DNA from: an uncultured Dethiosulfovibrio sp.
GTDB lineage: Bacteria; Synergistota; Synergistia; Synergistales; Dethiosulfovibrionaceae
NCBI GenBank assembly: GCA_963667585.1
Contig: OY763420.1
Span: forward strand, 1,205,528-1,269,527
Length of the DNA stretch: 64,000 nucleotides
Reading direction: 5' to 3'
Below, piece by piece: positions 9,756 through 23,020 of the stretch (position 1 is the stretch's first letter; every line of letters starts with the position of its first letter). The notes beneath the pieces are model-generated. The model saw only the letters and a program-made list of their open reading frames with translations. It did not search any database and had not been told where the DNA came from. A program made the position numbers and the translations under genes.

Positions 9756-10640
9756 GTGATCCCTTTGAACCTTCAGGAGATTATCTTTCGGCTCGAACGT
9801 TTTTGGTCCGACCGTGGATGTGTGATACAGCAGCCCTACGATATAGAGGTCGGAGCTGGAACGATGAACCCTGCGACCTCACTGAGGGTAATAGGTCCTG
9901 AGCCCTGGAAGGTCGCCTATGTAGAGCCGTCCAGAAGGCCAGCTGACGGGAGATACGGGGAAAATCCCAACAGGCTTCAGCATTACTATCAATATCAGGT
10001 GATACTGAAGCCAGCTCCCGACGACGTTCAGGAGCTATACCTGGACAGTCTCGCCGCTTTGGGGATCGATTCGTCAGAGCACGACATACGATTTGTCGAG
10101 GACGATTGGGAGTCTCCTACCGTAGGAGCCTGGGGGCTAGGTTGGGAAGTATGGCTTGATGGAATGGAGATCACCCAATTTACCTACTTCCAACAGGTCG
10201 GGGGAGTGGATATGGCCTTGGTTCCCGCCGAGCTTACCTACGGTATCGAGAGAATAGCCATGTTCGTCCAGAAGGTGGATAACGTATACGACCTCCAGTG
10301 GAACGATACCCTTACCTACGGCGACGTCCATCATAAAGGGGAGATAGAAAACTCCACCTACAACTTCGAGATATCCAACCCCGACATGCTGTTTAAGCTT
10401 TTCGATATGTACGAGGCCGAATCCCGTCAGATAGCCGAAAAAGGGCTGGTCCTTCCCGCCTGGGATTATGCTCTTAAATGCTCTCATACATTTAACCTTC
10501 TGGACGCCAGAAACGCCATAAGCGTAACCCAGAGGACCGGCTATATCGGCAGGATAAGGGCTTTAGCCAGTATGTGTTGCGAAAAATACGGTGCTCAGAG
10601 AAAAGAAATGGGCTACCCAATGAAGAAAAAGCTCGTTTAG
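9756..10640 (+). CDS. glyQ: Glycine--tRNA ligase alpha subunit
   Basis: [61 protein letters not shown]. Confidence 0.98.
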   Translation: MIPLNLQEIIFRLERFWSDRGCVIQQPYDIEVGAGTMNPATSLRVIGPEPWKVAYVEPSRRPADGRYGENPNRLQHYYQYQVILKPAPDDVQELYLDSLAALGIDSSEHDIRFVEDDWESPTVGAWGLGWEVWLDGMEITQFTYFQQVGGVDMALVPAELTYGIERIAMFVQKVDNVYDLQWNDTLTYGDVHHKGEIENSTYNFEISNPDMLFKLFDMYEAESRQIAEKGLVLPAWDYALKCSHTFNLLDARNAISVTQRTGYIGRIRALASMCCEKYGAQRKEMGYPMKKKLV

Positions 10641-10652
10641 GAGGGGATTTTT

Positions 10653-12719
10653 ATGGACACGAATAACCTTGTACTGGAGATAGGGACGGAGGAGATCCCC
10701 TCCCGGTTTATGACCAAAGCCCTGGAGGATCTTGTACTCGCCGGTGAGACAGAGCTTAAAGACGCTAGGATAGAGCACGGTGCCATAAAAGCCTATGGAA
10801 CTCCTAGAAGACTGGTTTTATCCGTAAAAGCCCTATCCGACAGACAGAGCGATCTTATGGAGTCCTTTAAAGGACCGGCTTGGTCAAACGCCTTTGACGG
10901 AAGCGGTACTCCAACCAGAGCAGCTCAGGGATTTGCAAAAAGCAAAGGTATCGAGGTAAACGACCTTGAAAAAAGGGATGTCGACGGAGTTCCCTACGTT
11001 TTTGCCGTGGTCAGCGAAAAAGGCGCTCCGTCCTCGGATCTTTTACCGGATATTATGTGCAGGATAATCAACAGGCTTTCCTTTCCGAAAAGCATGTACT
11101 GGAAGAAAAGCACCGTCAGGTTTGCGAGGCCCATCAGGTGGATACTCTGTCTCCTAGGTTCAAAGGTAGTCCCCTTCGAGCTAAACGGCATACCCAGCGG
11201 CAATATCACCAGAGGACACCGTTTTATGGGAGCATCGTCTATCGTCGTCGACAAAGAGTCGTCCTACATGGAGAGGCTCTACGATAATTACGTCATAGTT
11301 GATCAGGAAAAAAGAAAGGAAAAAATGCTCTCCTCTATAACCGTTCTGGAAAAAGAGATCGGTGGATCTATAGATAGGGATCCAGATCTGATAGAGGAAA
11401 ACCTCTTCCTGGTGGAATATCCTCTGCCTTTCTACGGTAGCTTTGACAAAAAATACCTAGAGCTACCGGAAGAGGTGTTGGTAACCACGATGAAGCACCA
11501 TCAGAAATACTTCCCCGTCAGGGATAAGTCGGGAAAACTGATGCCCTACTTCGTGGGGGTAAGCAACAACAGAGCTATATCTATGGACACAATAAGAGAG
11601 GGAAACCAGAGGGTGCTTCGGGCAAGGCTGGAGGATGCCTCTTTCTTCTGGAAGGAGGATAGAAAAGTCTCACTGGCCGAAAGGGTTGAAGGCCTTAAAA
11701 AAGTGGTTTACCAGGAAAAACTTGGATCGGTATACGAAAAGGTGACAAAAGTAACCGAGCTTTCAAGGTTTATATGCGATAGCTTAGGAGATTCAGGGCT
11801 AATCGGTTTAGTCGATAGAGCCGCCTCTATCGCTAAATCGGATCTTCTCACCAATATGGTAGGGGAATTCCCCGAGCTTCAGGGCGTGATGGGAAGGGAA
11901 TACGCTCTTAAAGACGGCGAGGACAGCAGGGTAGCCCTGGCTATGTACGAGCAGTACCTTCCGAGATTCGCAGGAGATTCCCTTCCCTCTGACGTGATAG
12001 GTGCCTACATCGGCCTAGGGGAGAGGATATTCAACCTGGTAGGGGCCTATAAAACCGGTTTCCGTCCATCGGGATCCCAGGATCCCTACGGTCTGAGGCG
12101 AGCGGTGAGATGCATAAACGAGATAATATGGGGCATGGACCTGAACCTAAACCTTGATGAGACGATCGATAAAGCAGGAGAAATCGTCGACCTTGATCCC
12201 GACGGCATGGCCGAACTGATCGCCTTTGGTAGACAGAGAACCCTTATACAGCTTAAGGAAAAGGGATTCTCCCACGAGTTAAGCGAATTATCGGTGGCTG
12301 TCGCAGGTGGAAAGCCTCTTCAGGCTTTGAGGTATCTCAAGGCTCTGGACTCGGTAAGAGGAGAGGAGTGGTTCTCCAACCTCATCACCTCCGCTGTAAG
12401 GGTCGGAAACATCCTATCTAAAAACGGCGACGACAGGGCACCCTCGGTGGACAGCTCTCTTTTATGCCTCGAACAGGAAAAGGAACTTTTTAACCAGATG
12501 GAGCTGAGATCTCCGAAAGTAGCCTCTACCATAGGGAATAACGACTGGGACGGTCTTATGGAGGTCCTTTATGGGCTATCCCCTGCGGTCTCCGATTTCT
12601 TCGAGGGAGTTATGGTAATGGATAAAGACGATAAGGTCAGGGGAAATCGGCTCGCACTGCTTGCGGAGTGCGATTCCCTTTTTAAAAAGATCGGCGATAT
12701 CAGTCGACTAAAAGGATGA
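10653..12719 (+). CDS. glyS: Glycine--tRNA ligase beta subunit
   Basis: LEIGTEEIP, GTPRRL, FARPIRW, RGHRF, HQKYF, EFPELQGVMG, GSQDPYGLRR, VRGNRLALL. Confidence 0.97.
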   Translation: MDTNNLVLEIGTEEIPSRFMTKALEDLVLAGETELKDARIEHGAIKAYGTPRRLVLSVKALSDRQSDLMESFKGPAWSNAFDGSGTPTRAAQGFAKSKGIEVNDLEKRDVDGVPYVFAVVSEKGAPSSDLLPDIMCRIINRLSFPKSMYWKKSTVRFARPIRWILCLLGSKVVPFELNGIPSGNITRGHRFMGASSIVVDKESSYMERLYDNYVIVDQEKRKEKMLSSITVLEKEIGGSIDRDPDLIEENLFLVEYPLPFYGSFDKKYLELPEEVLVTTMKHHQKYFPVRDKSGKLMPYFVGVSNNRAISMDTIREGNQRVLRARLEDASFFWKEDRKVSLAERVEGLKKVVYQEKLGSVYEKVTKVTELSRFICDSLGDSGLIGLVDRAASIAKSDLLTNMVGEFPELQGVMGREYALKDGEDSRVALAMYEQYLPRFAGDSLPSDVIGAYIGLGERIFNLVGAYKTGFRPSGSQDPYGLRRAVRCINEIIWGMDLNLNLDETIDKAGEIVDLDPDGMAELIAFGRQRTLIQLKEKGFSHELSELSVAVAGGKPLQALRYLKALDSVRGEEWFSNLITSAVRVGNILSKNGDDRAPSVDSSLLCLEQEKELFNQMELRSPKVASTIGNNDWDGLMEVLYGLSPAVSDFFEGVMVMDKDDKVRGNRLALLAECDSLFKKIGDISRLKG

Positions 12720-13549
12720 TCAAGGGAGGGGATCCCATGGGGAGGCCCATAGCACTCATATCCGATTCAACTGGAGAGACAGCGGAGTACCTGGTTCAGG
12801 CTGTACTCACCCAATTCCAAGGACTTGACGTCTCTTTTTTAAGATTCCGATTCGTGGACTCGGTGGAGAAAATAGGACCTATACTCGAGGAATCCAAGGC
12901 CAACAACGCCTTGATAGTGGCGACTTTAGTGGCAGATGAGGTTAGAATTTCCCTCATGGAACAGGCCGCTAATATGGGGCTTGAGGCAGTCGATCTCCTA
13001 GGACCTCTTCAAACCTCTCTCTCCAGTTGGAGTGGGATGAATCCCTTGCAGATGCCCGGACTTCTTAGGAGAATGGACGATAAATATTTTCAAAGGGTAA
13101 AGGCTATCGAGTTCTCCATCAAGTGCGATGACGGAAAGAGTCAGAACCTTCTTCCGACGGCGGATCTGGTGATACTGGGAGTATCTCGATCGGGAAAGAC
13201 CCCTCTGTCCATGTTTTTAGCCAATAAAGGATATAAAGTAGCCAACCTCCCTCTGGTGCCGGAGGTTGCACCTCAGGACCATCTTTGGAAGGTCGATTCT
13301 GGAAGGTGTGTAGGGTTGCTCATAAGCCCGGAAAAACTTATGAGGATAAGAAAAGACAGGCTGAAGATTATGGGCCTTGACCCGGATACCTCCGTCTATG
13401 CCCAGGAGAAAAGGGTTCTCTTTGAGCTCAACTACGCCAAGGAAATAATGGTGAAGGTCGGTTGCAAAGCCTACGATACCACCGACAGGTCTATCGAAGA
13501 GATATCCCAAAACATACTGGACGATATGAAGATAGGCAAAAGACTGTAA
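12716..13549 (+). CDS. ppsR: Pyruvate,phosphate/water dikinase regulatory kinase-pyrophosphorylase (DUF299); likely true start 12737
   Basis: ISDSTGETAE, YFQRVKAIEF, DDG, GVSRSGKTPLS, KVANLPLVPE, SIEE. The glyS-ppsR order is known in Firmicutes. Confidence 0.92.
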   Translation: MIKGGDPMGRPIALISDSTGETAEYLVQAVLTQFQGLDVSFLRFRFVDSVEKIGPILEESKANNALIVATLVADEVRISLMEQAANMGLEAVDLLGPLQTSLSSWSGMNPLQMPGLLRRMDDKYFQRVKAIEFSIKCDDGKSQNLLPTADLVILGVSRSGKTPLSMFLANKGYKVANLPLVPEVAPQDHLWKVDSGRCVGLLISPEKLMRIRKDRLKIMGLDPDTSVYAQEKRVLFELNYAKEIMVKVGCKAYDTTDRSIEEISQNILDDMKIGKRL

Positions 13550-13551
13550 AT

Positions 13552-13590
13552 AAAAATGATCCCCAAGCCTAGGCTCTGGGGATCATTTTT
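13552..13590. terminator. Bidirectional intrinsic terminator between convergent ppsR and pbp1A
   Basis: AAAAATGATCCCCA-agcctaggctc-TGGGGATCATTTTT is a perfect 14-bp inverted repeat with A/T tails on both sides. Confidence 0.9.
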
Positions 13591-13594
13591 ATTA

Positions 13595-13815
13595 GGGAAC
13601 CTCTAAAAACTCTAAACCTCGGAGAGATCGTTCCGACGGAACCCGTTTGAGCCCGTATACTCGCCATGCCGTAGTGTAGTACGAATGGGGCGACAGGACG
13701 TGCCCTCCGAGGTGGTTCGTACGAAACAGGCAGGTCGAGTATACGATTGGGCGAAACAGGGTGTAGGTGGAACGATCTCTCCGAGGGACTCGAAGGTGAG
13801 TTTTCAGAGGTTCCC
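13595..13815. repeat. 221-bp nested palindromic (rod-like) intergenic element; MITE/REP-like or ncRNA
   Basis: Nested arms: GGGAACCTCT/AGAGGTTCCC, AAAACTC/GAGTTTT, CCTCGGAGAGATCGTTCC/GGAACGATCTCTCCGAGG, CGTATACTCG/CGAGTATACG, GTACGAA/TTCGTAC. Confidence 0.85.
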
Positions 13816-13816
13816 C

Positions 13817-16042
13817 TTAGTCGGAAAGACCGTATTTTCTAAGCAAGTCCTGGTATCTATTCTCCACAGCCTCTGGAGAATCGGGGTCTATCGAATAGGG
13901 ATCTATAATAGGAGCTACCGGCGCAGACGGGACAGGGGGCTGTACTGGGTGAACCGGAACGCTCTGTGCCGGTATAACCATGCTTCCCTGAGCCAAAGCC
14001 TGATCCTGAGGTAGCAGCAACAGCCTAGGGGCGTTAGGGTCTTCTATTGCGGCTAGAGACGACCCTCCGTGGAGAGGGCAGGTAGCCTCCGGTGCCCTTG
14101 ATCTAGGGAGATATAGATCAGCGGCCTTACAGCCCTTGGACGCTAAATAGCCCGATTCCCTACAGACTCTTACCCTTACCACATCGCTGTCCTCTGGAAC
14201 CGTAAATCTGGAAGGATAGGTCCTCATGGATACGGCCTCTTTAACGAAGTCGCTCCATACGGGAAGAGCGATCCTGCCTCCGGTGGCGTGTCTGCCCAAA
14301 GGTTTATGGTCGTCGTTTCCGGCATAGACCACTACCACAAGGCCTGGAATACCTCCGGTAAACCAGGCGTCGCTGTAATCGTTGGTTGTTCCGGTTTTGC
14401 CGAATACGTCGTAGTCTTTCATCGCTGCTTTAGCACCTGTCCCTGCTCTGACTACGTCCATCATCAACGACCTCATAACTACTGCGTGGGAGGGCTCTAT
14501 AGCTTGACTGACCTGTGGCCCGTTTCTCTCGAGCACCCTTCCCTCCCCGTCTCTTATCTCCTTTATGGCGTAGGGGAGAACCCTCTTGCCATCGTTTGCG
14601 TAGGCACAGTAGACGGCGGTCATCTCTAAAGGGGTAACGCTTGCGGTGCCAAGGCCGATAGAGAGCGCAGGCCACAGATGAGGCGATGTTATGCCGAGCC
14701 TTCTGGCGACGGACACCACCTGTTCTGGTCCTACTAAGTCGGTCAATCTCACCACAGGGGTGTTATATGAATGGGTCAGAGCCTCGAAAAGGGGGACCTC
14801 CCCTGCGAACTTCTTGCTGTAGTTTCCAGGGGACCAGATTTTATCGACGCTCTCTTTCATCTCGTAGGTTATCGGTTTGTCCAGTATATGGTCTGTGGGC
14901 ATGAATCCCGCTTCTAAAGCGGCGTTGTAAACGATGGGCTTAAAAGAGGATCCTGGCTGCCTGAGAGCTTGAGTTGCCCTGTTGAACTTGCTTTTCTGAA
15001 AGTCCTTTCCACCTACGAGGGCCAGAATCTCACCGGTTTCCGGGTCCATAGCGACTATAGCTCCTTGAGACTCCAGCTTCTGAATAGCCCTCTCGGCGGC
15101 TTCCTGAAGATCTATATCTAAGGTGGTATATATCTGAAGGCCTGACGCATAAACCTTGTCCCGTCCGTATTTCGGCAAAAGATCTTTGAAAAGAATATGG
15201 CTTATAAAATAAGGTGCTTTATTCAGGTTGAGAATATTCTTCTTCGTTTGGGTGTTTAACACCAATTCAGTCTCTTCAGCTCTAGATTTATCCTCTTCCG
15301 AGATCCAACCTAGCGAGACCATTCGACTGAGGACGTATCTCTGCCTGGTTCTGGCTTTTTCCATGCTCCTTATAGGAGAGTATTTTTCCGGTGCCGCTAT
15401 AAGGCCTGCGAGGATAGAGGATTCGGTCAAAGTTAGATCGGAGGCTCTCTTTCCGAAATAGGTATAGGCCGCCGCCCCTATCCCCCAGGCTCCATGACCG
15501 AAATAAATGGCGTTAAGATAGGTCTCCAATATTTTATCCTTGCTGAAAAGCTTCTCTATCCGGAAGGATAGTATAGCCTCCTTCCCCTTTCGAATCATGG
15601 TTTTTTCATGGGTTAGAAATACGTTTCTCGCCAACTGCTGGGTTATGGTGCTAGCTCCCTCCCCTCTACTTCCTGTTAGAAGGGATCTGGCTATAGCTAG
15701 GGGACGGATTCCCATGTGGGTGTAGAAGGAAGAATCCTCCGCAGCCAAAGTCGACATAACCATCCACCTGGAAATATCCTTTAGCTCCTCAGGTCTTCTG
15801 TTTTCCAGAAAAAGTCTGGTTATAACCTTTCCGTTTCGGTCGTAGACGATACTCGCCTCGTTGGAGCGATGGGCCAATATCTCATCGTCTGGAGGAAGAT
15901 CCTCCGCGAGCCTTGAGATAAGGACAGCTCCTCCCACCGCTCCGACCGCCATTAGCAGTGAAAAAAGCAGCAGCATTACGGTACCTATGGTTTTCAAAGG
16001 GGAAAAAGCCTTTGGTTTCTCCCGTCCTCTTCTGATTGTCAT
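13817..16042 (-). CDS. Class A penicillin-binding protein (PBP1A family)
   Basis: N-terminal TM. Transglycosylase motifs AAEDSSFYTH, GASTITQQLARN, RKGKE, ILETYLN. Transpeptidase motifs QPGSSFK (SxxK), SYN (SxN), GKTGT. Confidence 0.95.
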   Translation of the reverse strand: MTIRRGREKPKAFSPLKTIGTVMLLLFSLLMAVGAVGGAVLISRLAEDLPPDDEILAHRSNEASIVYDRNGKVITRLFLENRRPEELKDISRWMVMSTLAAEDSSFYTHMGIRPLAIARSLLTGSRGEGASTITQQLARNVFLTHEKTMIRKGKEAILSFRIEKLFSKDKILETYLNAIYFGHGAWGIGAAAYTYFGKRASDLTLTESSILAGLIAAPEKYSPIRSMEKARTRQRYVLSRMVSLGWISEEDKSRAEETELVLNTQTKKNILNLNKAPYFISHILFKDLLPKYGRDKVYASGLQIYTTLDIDLQEAAERAIQKLESQGAIVAMDPETGEILALVGGKDFQKSKFNRATQALRQPGSSFKPIVYNAALEAGFMPTDHILDKPITYEMKESVDKIWSPGNYSKKFAGEVPLFEALTHSYNTPVVRLTDLVGPEQVVSVARRLGITSPHLWPALSIGLGTASVTPLEMTAVYCAYANDGKRVLPYAIKEIRDGEGRVLERNGPQVSQAIEPSHAVVMRSLMMDVVRAGTGAKAAMKDYDVFGKTGTTNDYSDAWFTGGIPGLVVVVYAGNDDHKPLGRHATGGRIALPVWSDFVKEAVSMRTYPSRFTVPEDSDVVRVRVCRESGYLASKGCKAADLYLPRSRAPEATCPLHGGSSLAAIEDPNAPRLLLLPQDQALAQGSMVIPAQSVPVHPVQPPVPSAPVAPIIDPYSIDPDSPEAVENRYQDLLRKYGLSD

Positions 16043-16081
16043 CGATCACACTCCCCGAAAATATTTAGCCATGTTTGACCG

Positions 16082-16090
16082 ATTATAGCA
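16082..16090 (-). promoter_or_regulatory. Extended -10 promoter for pbp1A, back to back with the rrn promoter
   Basis: The reverse complement of attatagca reads TGC-TATAAT, about 40 bp upstream of the ATG, which has a GGGGAG SD. Confidence 0.55.
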
Positions 16091-16119
16091 CTTTTTATCT
16101 GGAGGGATAAAAATGGGGC

Positions 16120-16148
16120 TTGCCAAAACCTCGGGGGGGTGGTATAGT
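16120..16148 (+). promoter_or_regulatory. rRNA operon sigma70/sigmaA promoter
   Basis: TTGCCA (16120-16125), 17 bp, TATAGT (16143-16148). A-tract just upstream and GC-rich sequence downstream. Confidence 0.8.
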
Positions 16149-16154
16149 TTACCG

Positions 16155-16184
16155 GTCGTCGCGAGACGGCACGGACCTTGATAA
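16155..16184 (+). promoter_or_regulatory. rrn leader antitermination elements (boxB-like hairpin + boxA-like)
   Basis: GTCGTC-GCGA-GACGGC GNRA hairpin, then GGACCTTGATAA. A similar GCACCTTGACAT occurs before 23S at 18040-18051. Confidence 0.6.
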
Positions 16185-16210
16185 GAGAATATGATGCATG
16201 ATAAAGAGCT
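16183..16210 (+). other. 5' arm of the 16S processing stem (pairs with 17777-17800)
   Basis: AAGAGAATATGATGCATGATAAAGAGCT is largely complementary to AGCTCTTCATGCATCATTTCTCTT after the 16S gene. Confidence 0.8.
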
Positions 16211-16227
16211 AGCGTTACTCAGCAATT

Positions 16228-17768
<1,541 letters not shown>

Positions 17769-17807
17769 GTTATATCAGCTCTTCATGCATCATTTCTCTT
17801 TTCAAGA

Positions 17808-17884
17808 GGGCCGGTAGCTCAGGTGGCTAGAGCACTCGGCTGATAACCGAGAGGTCAGTGGTTCAAGTCCACTTCGGCCCACCA
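17808..17884 (+). tRNA. tRNA-Ile(GAT)
   Basis: GGGCCGG...CTGATAA anticodon loop...GTTCAAGTC...TCGGCCC-ACCA. 77 nt, in the ITS. Confidence 0.97.
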
Positions 17885-17902
17885 TCGTTACCAGTTTTCG
17901 TT

Positions 17903-17978
17903 GGGGGTGTAGCTCAGCTGGGAGAGCGCCTGCCTTGCACGCAGGAGGTCGTCGGTTCGATCCCGGTCACCTCCACCA
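17903..17978 (+). tRNA. tRNA-Ala(TGC)
   Basis: GGGGGTG acceptor with G3:U70, CTTGCAC anticodon loop, GGTTCGATCC, CACCTCC-ACCA. 76 nt. Confidence 0.97.
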
Positions 17979-18048
17979 ATGAAGTAACCTAGCGGGATAG
18001 GCGTTCTGCCTTTGGTGGACGTTTTTTTTCGTTTTGGACGCACCTTGA

Positions 18049-18072
18049 CATAGGAATAGAGAAGCCAAGAGA

Positions 18073-18074
<2 letters not shown>
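18049..18074 (+). other. 5' arm of the 23S processing stem (pairs with 21042-21068)
   Basis: CATAGGAATAGAGAAGCCAAGAGAGG is complementary to CCTCTTTTGGTTTCTCTAGTTCCTATG after 23S. Confidence 0.8.
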
Positions 18075-21044
<2,970 letters not shown>

Positions 21045-21093
21045 CTTTTGGTTTCTCTAGTTCCTATGGCTTGGTGTTTATATTTTGAGAAGG

Positions 21094-21211
21094 TCCTTGG
21101 TGACCTTTGCGGAGGGGGTACACCCGGTTCCATGCCGAACCCGGAAGTTAAGCCCTCCAGCGCCGATGGTACTGCGATTCGCTTCGTGGGAGAGTAGGTC
21201 GTTGCCAAGGA
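21094..21211 (+). rRNA. rrf: 5S rRNA
   Basis: TCCTTGGTG...CACCCGGTTCCATGCCGAACCCGGAAGTTAAG...GGGAGAGTAGGTCGTTGCCAAGGA with complementary ends, about 118 nt. Confidence 0.97.
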
Positions 21212-21230
21212 TCTTTTCTATTGCTTTACT

Positions 21231-21264
21231 AAAAGGCCCTGTCTCTTTCGAGACAGGGCCTTTT
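21231..21264 (+). terminator. rrn operon intrinsic terminator
   Basis: AAAAGGCCCTGTCTC-TTTC-GAGACAGGGCCTTTT perfect hairpin. Confidence 0.92.
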
Positions 21265-21285
21265 GTCATGGGCCCTCGATGATGA

Positions 21286-21294
21286 TGATATAAT
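21286..21294 (+). promoter_or_regulatory. Extended -10 promoter for the pilB operon
   Basis: TGA-TATAAT 25 bp before the GTG start, with a GGGAGGG SD in between. Confidence 0.6.
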
Positions 21295-21319
21295 CTGCTG
21301 AGACAAGGGAGGGCTAACT

Positions 21320-23008
21320 GTGGAAAGTCTAAAAAACGTAAAACTAGGGGATATACTGGTAAACTCGAACGCTCTGACTCCTTCGCAGCTGGAATCTGCT
21401 TTGCAGGAACAGCGCCAGAGCGGCATGAGGCTAGGAGAGATACTTATAAAAAACGGCTGGCTTTCGGAAAACCAGCTTATAGAGGCGCTGTCTACACAGC
21501 TCCACATACCTCAAGTCTCGATATCTAGATATCGTCCAGAGCCCGAGGCCTTGAGGCTAATTCCGCAGGGCATAGCGGAGAGGTTGAAGGTCATCCCTAT
21601 GAGGATTACAGACGAAGATCATCTGATGGTCGCTACCTCCGATCCGCTGAATATCGTCGCCGCCGACGAGCTAAGAATGATGTCCGGCAGAGAAATCGAC
21701 TTTGGACTTTGCCCTGCGTCCCATATACTGCGGGATCTAAGCAGAATCTACACCATGCAGGAAACCTTAAACAGCGCGGAAGACCTCGAGATCGTCTCCT
21801 CAGGCTCCGAGGGAATAGAACTAGACCTTGGTCAGGCGATATCCACCGCCGCTGCCGACGATGCGCCGGTGATAAACCTGGTCAACACTATTCTCGAACA
21901 GGCGGTTAAAGACAGAAGCTCGGACATACATATCGAGCCCTTTGAAAAGGATACTCAGGTCAGATACAGGGTGGACGGACAGCTCTTCAACGCAACTAAC
22001 TTCTCCAGAGGCCTTCACCCCGCTGTAACCTCTCGTATCAAGATAATGGCCAATATCGACATATCGGAAAAGCGGAAGCCCCAGGATGGCCGAATCCTTA
22101 TCAAGGTAATGGACAAACGGGTTGACCTCCGTGTATCGACATTGCCTACGGTTTACGGCGAAAAAACGGTCATAAGGGTTCTGGACCAGTCAAACGCCAT
22201 GGTGGGACTGGAAAAACTTGGTTTCGACCAAAAGGACAGGGATAAAATAGACAGACTTCTCAAGGTCCCCTACGGAATTATATTGGTAACCGGCCCTACA
22301 GGAAGCGGCAAATCGACGACCCTTTATTCCTTTTTGGAGAGGATCAACACCCCTGACGTAAACATCGTCACCGTAGAGGATCCGGTGGAATACTCCATAG
22401 CCGGTATCAACCAGGTTCAGGTAAGCGAGAAGGCAGGCAGGACCTTTAGCTCGGTACTCAGGGCCATTCTTAGGCAGGATCCGGACAAGATAATGATAGG
22501 GGAGATGAGGGATACCGAGACCGCCAACCTGGCCATAAGGGCGGCACTTACGGGACATCTGGTCCTGTCTACCCTTCACACTAACGACGCTCCCAGCGCG
22601 GCTATAAGGCTAGGGGACATGGGCGTTCCTCCTTTTCTGGTCGCCTCGTCGGTGGTAGCGGTCATAGCCCAGAGGTTAGTCCGTCGTCTTTGCCCAGATT
22701 GCAAGGTAGAGTACACCGTAGAGGATCCTATATGTCGATCTCTAGGCCTTCCAGAGGGAAGCAAGGCCTATCGTTCAAGAGGGTGTGACACCTGTCGCGG
22801 TACAGGCCACGTAGGAAGGACCTCTGTTTTCGAGATAATGGAGATGAACGAAGAGATAAGAAACAGAATAATAGATCAGGAGACTGCGGTTAGCATAAAG
22901 AAAGCCGCCATAGCGATGGGTATGAGGACACTGAGAGAGGCAGCTCTCTCCAAGGTTTTAGACGGAACCACCACGGTGGAAGAGATGCTTAACGTCACAA
23001 CCCTATAG
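21320..23008 (+). CDS. pilB: Type IV pilus assembly ATPase PilB with N-terminal MshEN-like domain
   Basis: SDIHIEP, RYRVDG, DISEKRKPQDG, DLRVSTLP, GPTGSGKSTT, TVEDPVE, LRQDPDKIMIGEMRD, CPDC/GCDTC Zn motif. Confidence 0.95.
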   Translation: MESLKNVKLGDILVNSNALTPSQLESALQEQRQSGMRLGEILIKNGWLSENQLIEALSTQLHIPQVSISRYRPEPEALRLIPQGIAERLKVIPMRITDEDHLMVATSDPLNIVAADELRMMSGREIDFGLCPASHILRDLSRIYTMQETLNSAEDLEIVSSGSEGIELDLGQAISTAAADDAPVINLVNTILEQAVKDRSSDIHIEPFEKDTQVRYRVDGQLFNATNFSRGLHPAVTSRIKIMANIDISEKRKPQDGRILIKVMDKRVDLRVSTLPTVYGEKTVIRVLDQSNAMVGLEKLGFDQKDRDKIDRLLKVPYGIILVTGPTGSGKSTTLYSFLERINTPDVNIVTVEDPVEYSIAGINQVQVSEKAGRTFSSVLRAILRQDPDKIMIGEMRDTETANLAIRAALTGHLVLSTLHTNDAPSAAIRLGDMGVPPFLVASSVVAVIAQRLVRRLCPDCKVEYTVEDPICRSLGLPEGSKAYRSRGCDTCRGTGHVGRTSVFEIMEMNEEIRNRIIDQETAVSIKKAAIAMGMRTLREAALSKVLDGTTTVEEMLNVTTL

Positions 23009-23020
23009 GAGGTAAAATAA

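Noticed and set aside
13685-14014. 109-aa + strand ORF crossing the palindromic element
   Set aside because: It overlaps the pbp1A 3' end antisense, has no SD or motifs, and is a by-product of the element and the gene.
16132-16139. G-run in the rrn promoter spacer as a phase-variable element
   Set aside because: It is only 7-8 nt, the spacer is the optimal 17 bp, and there is no supporting evidence.
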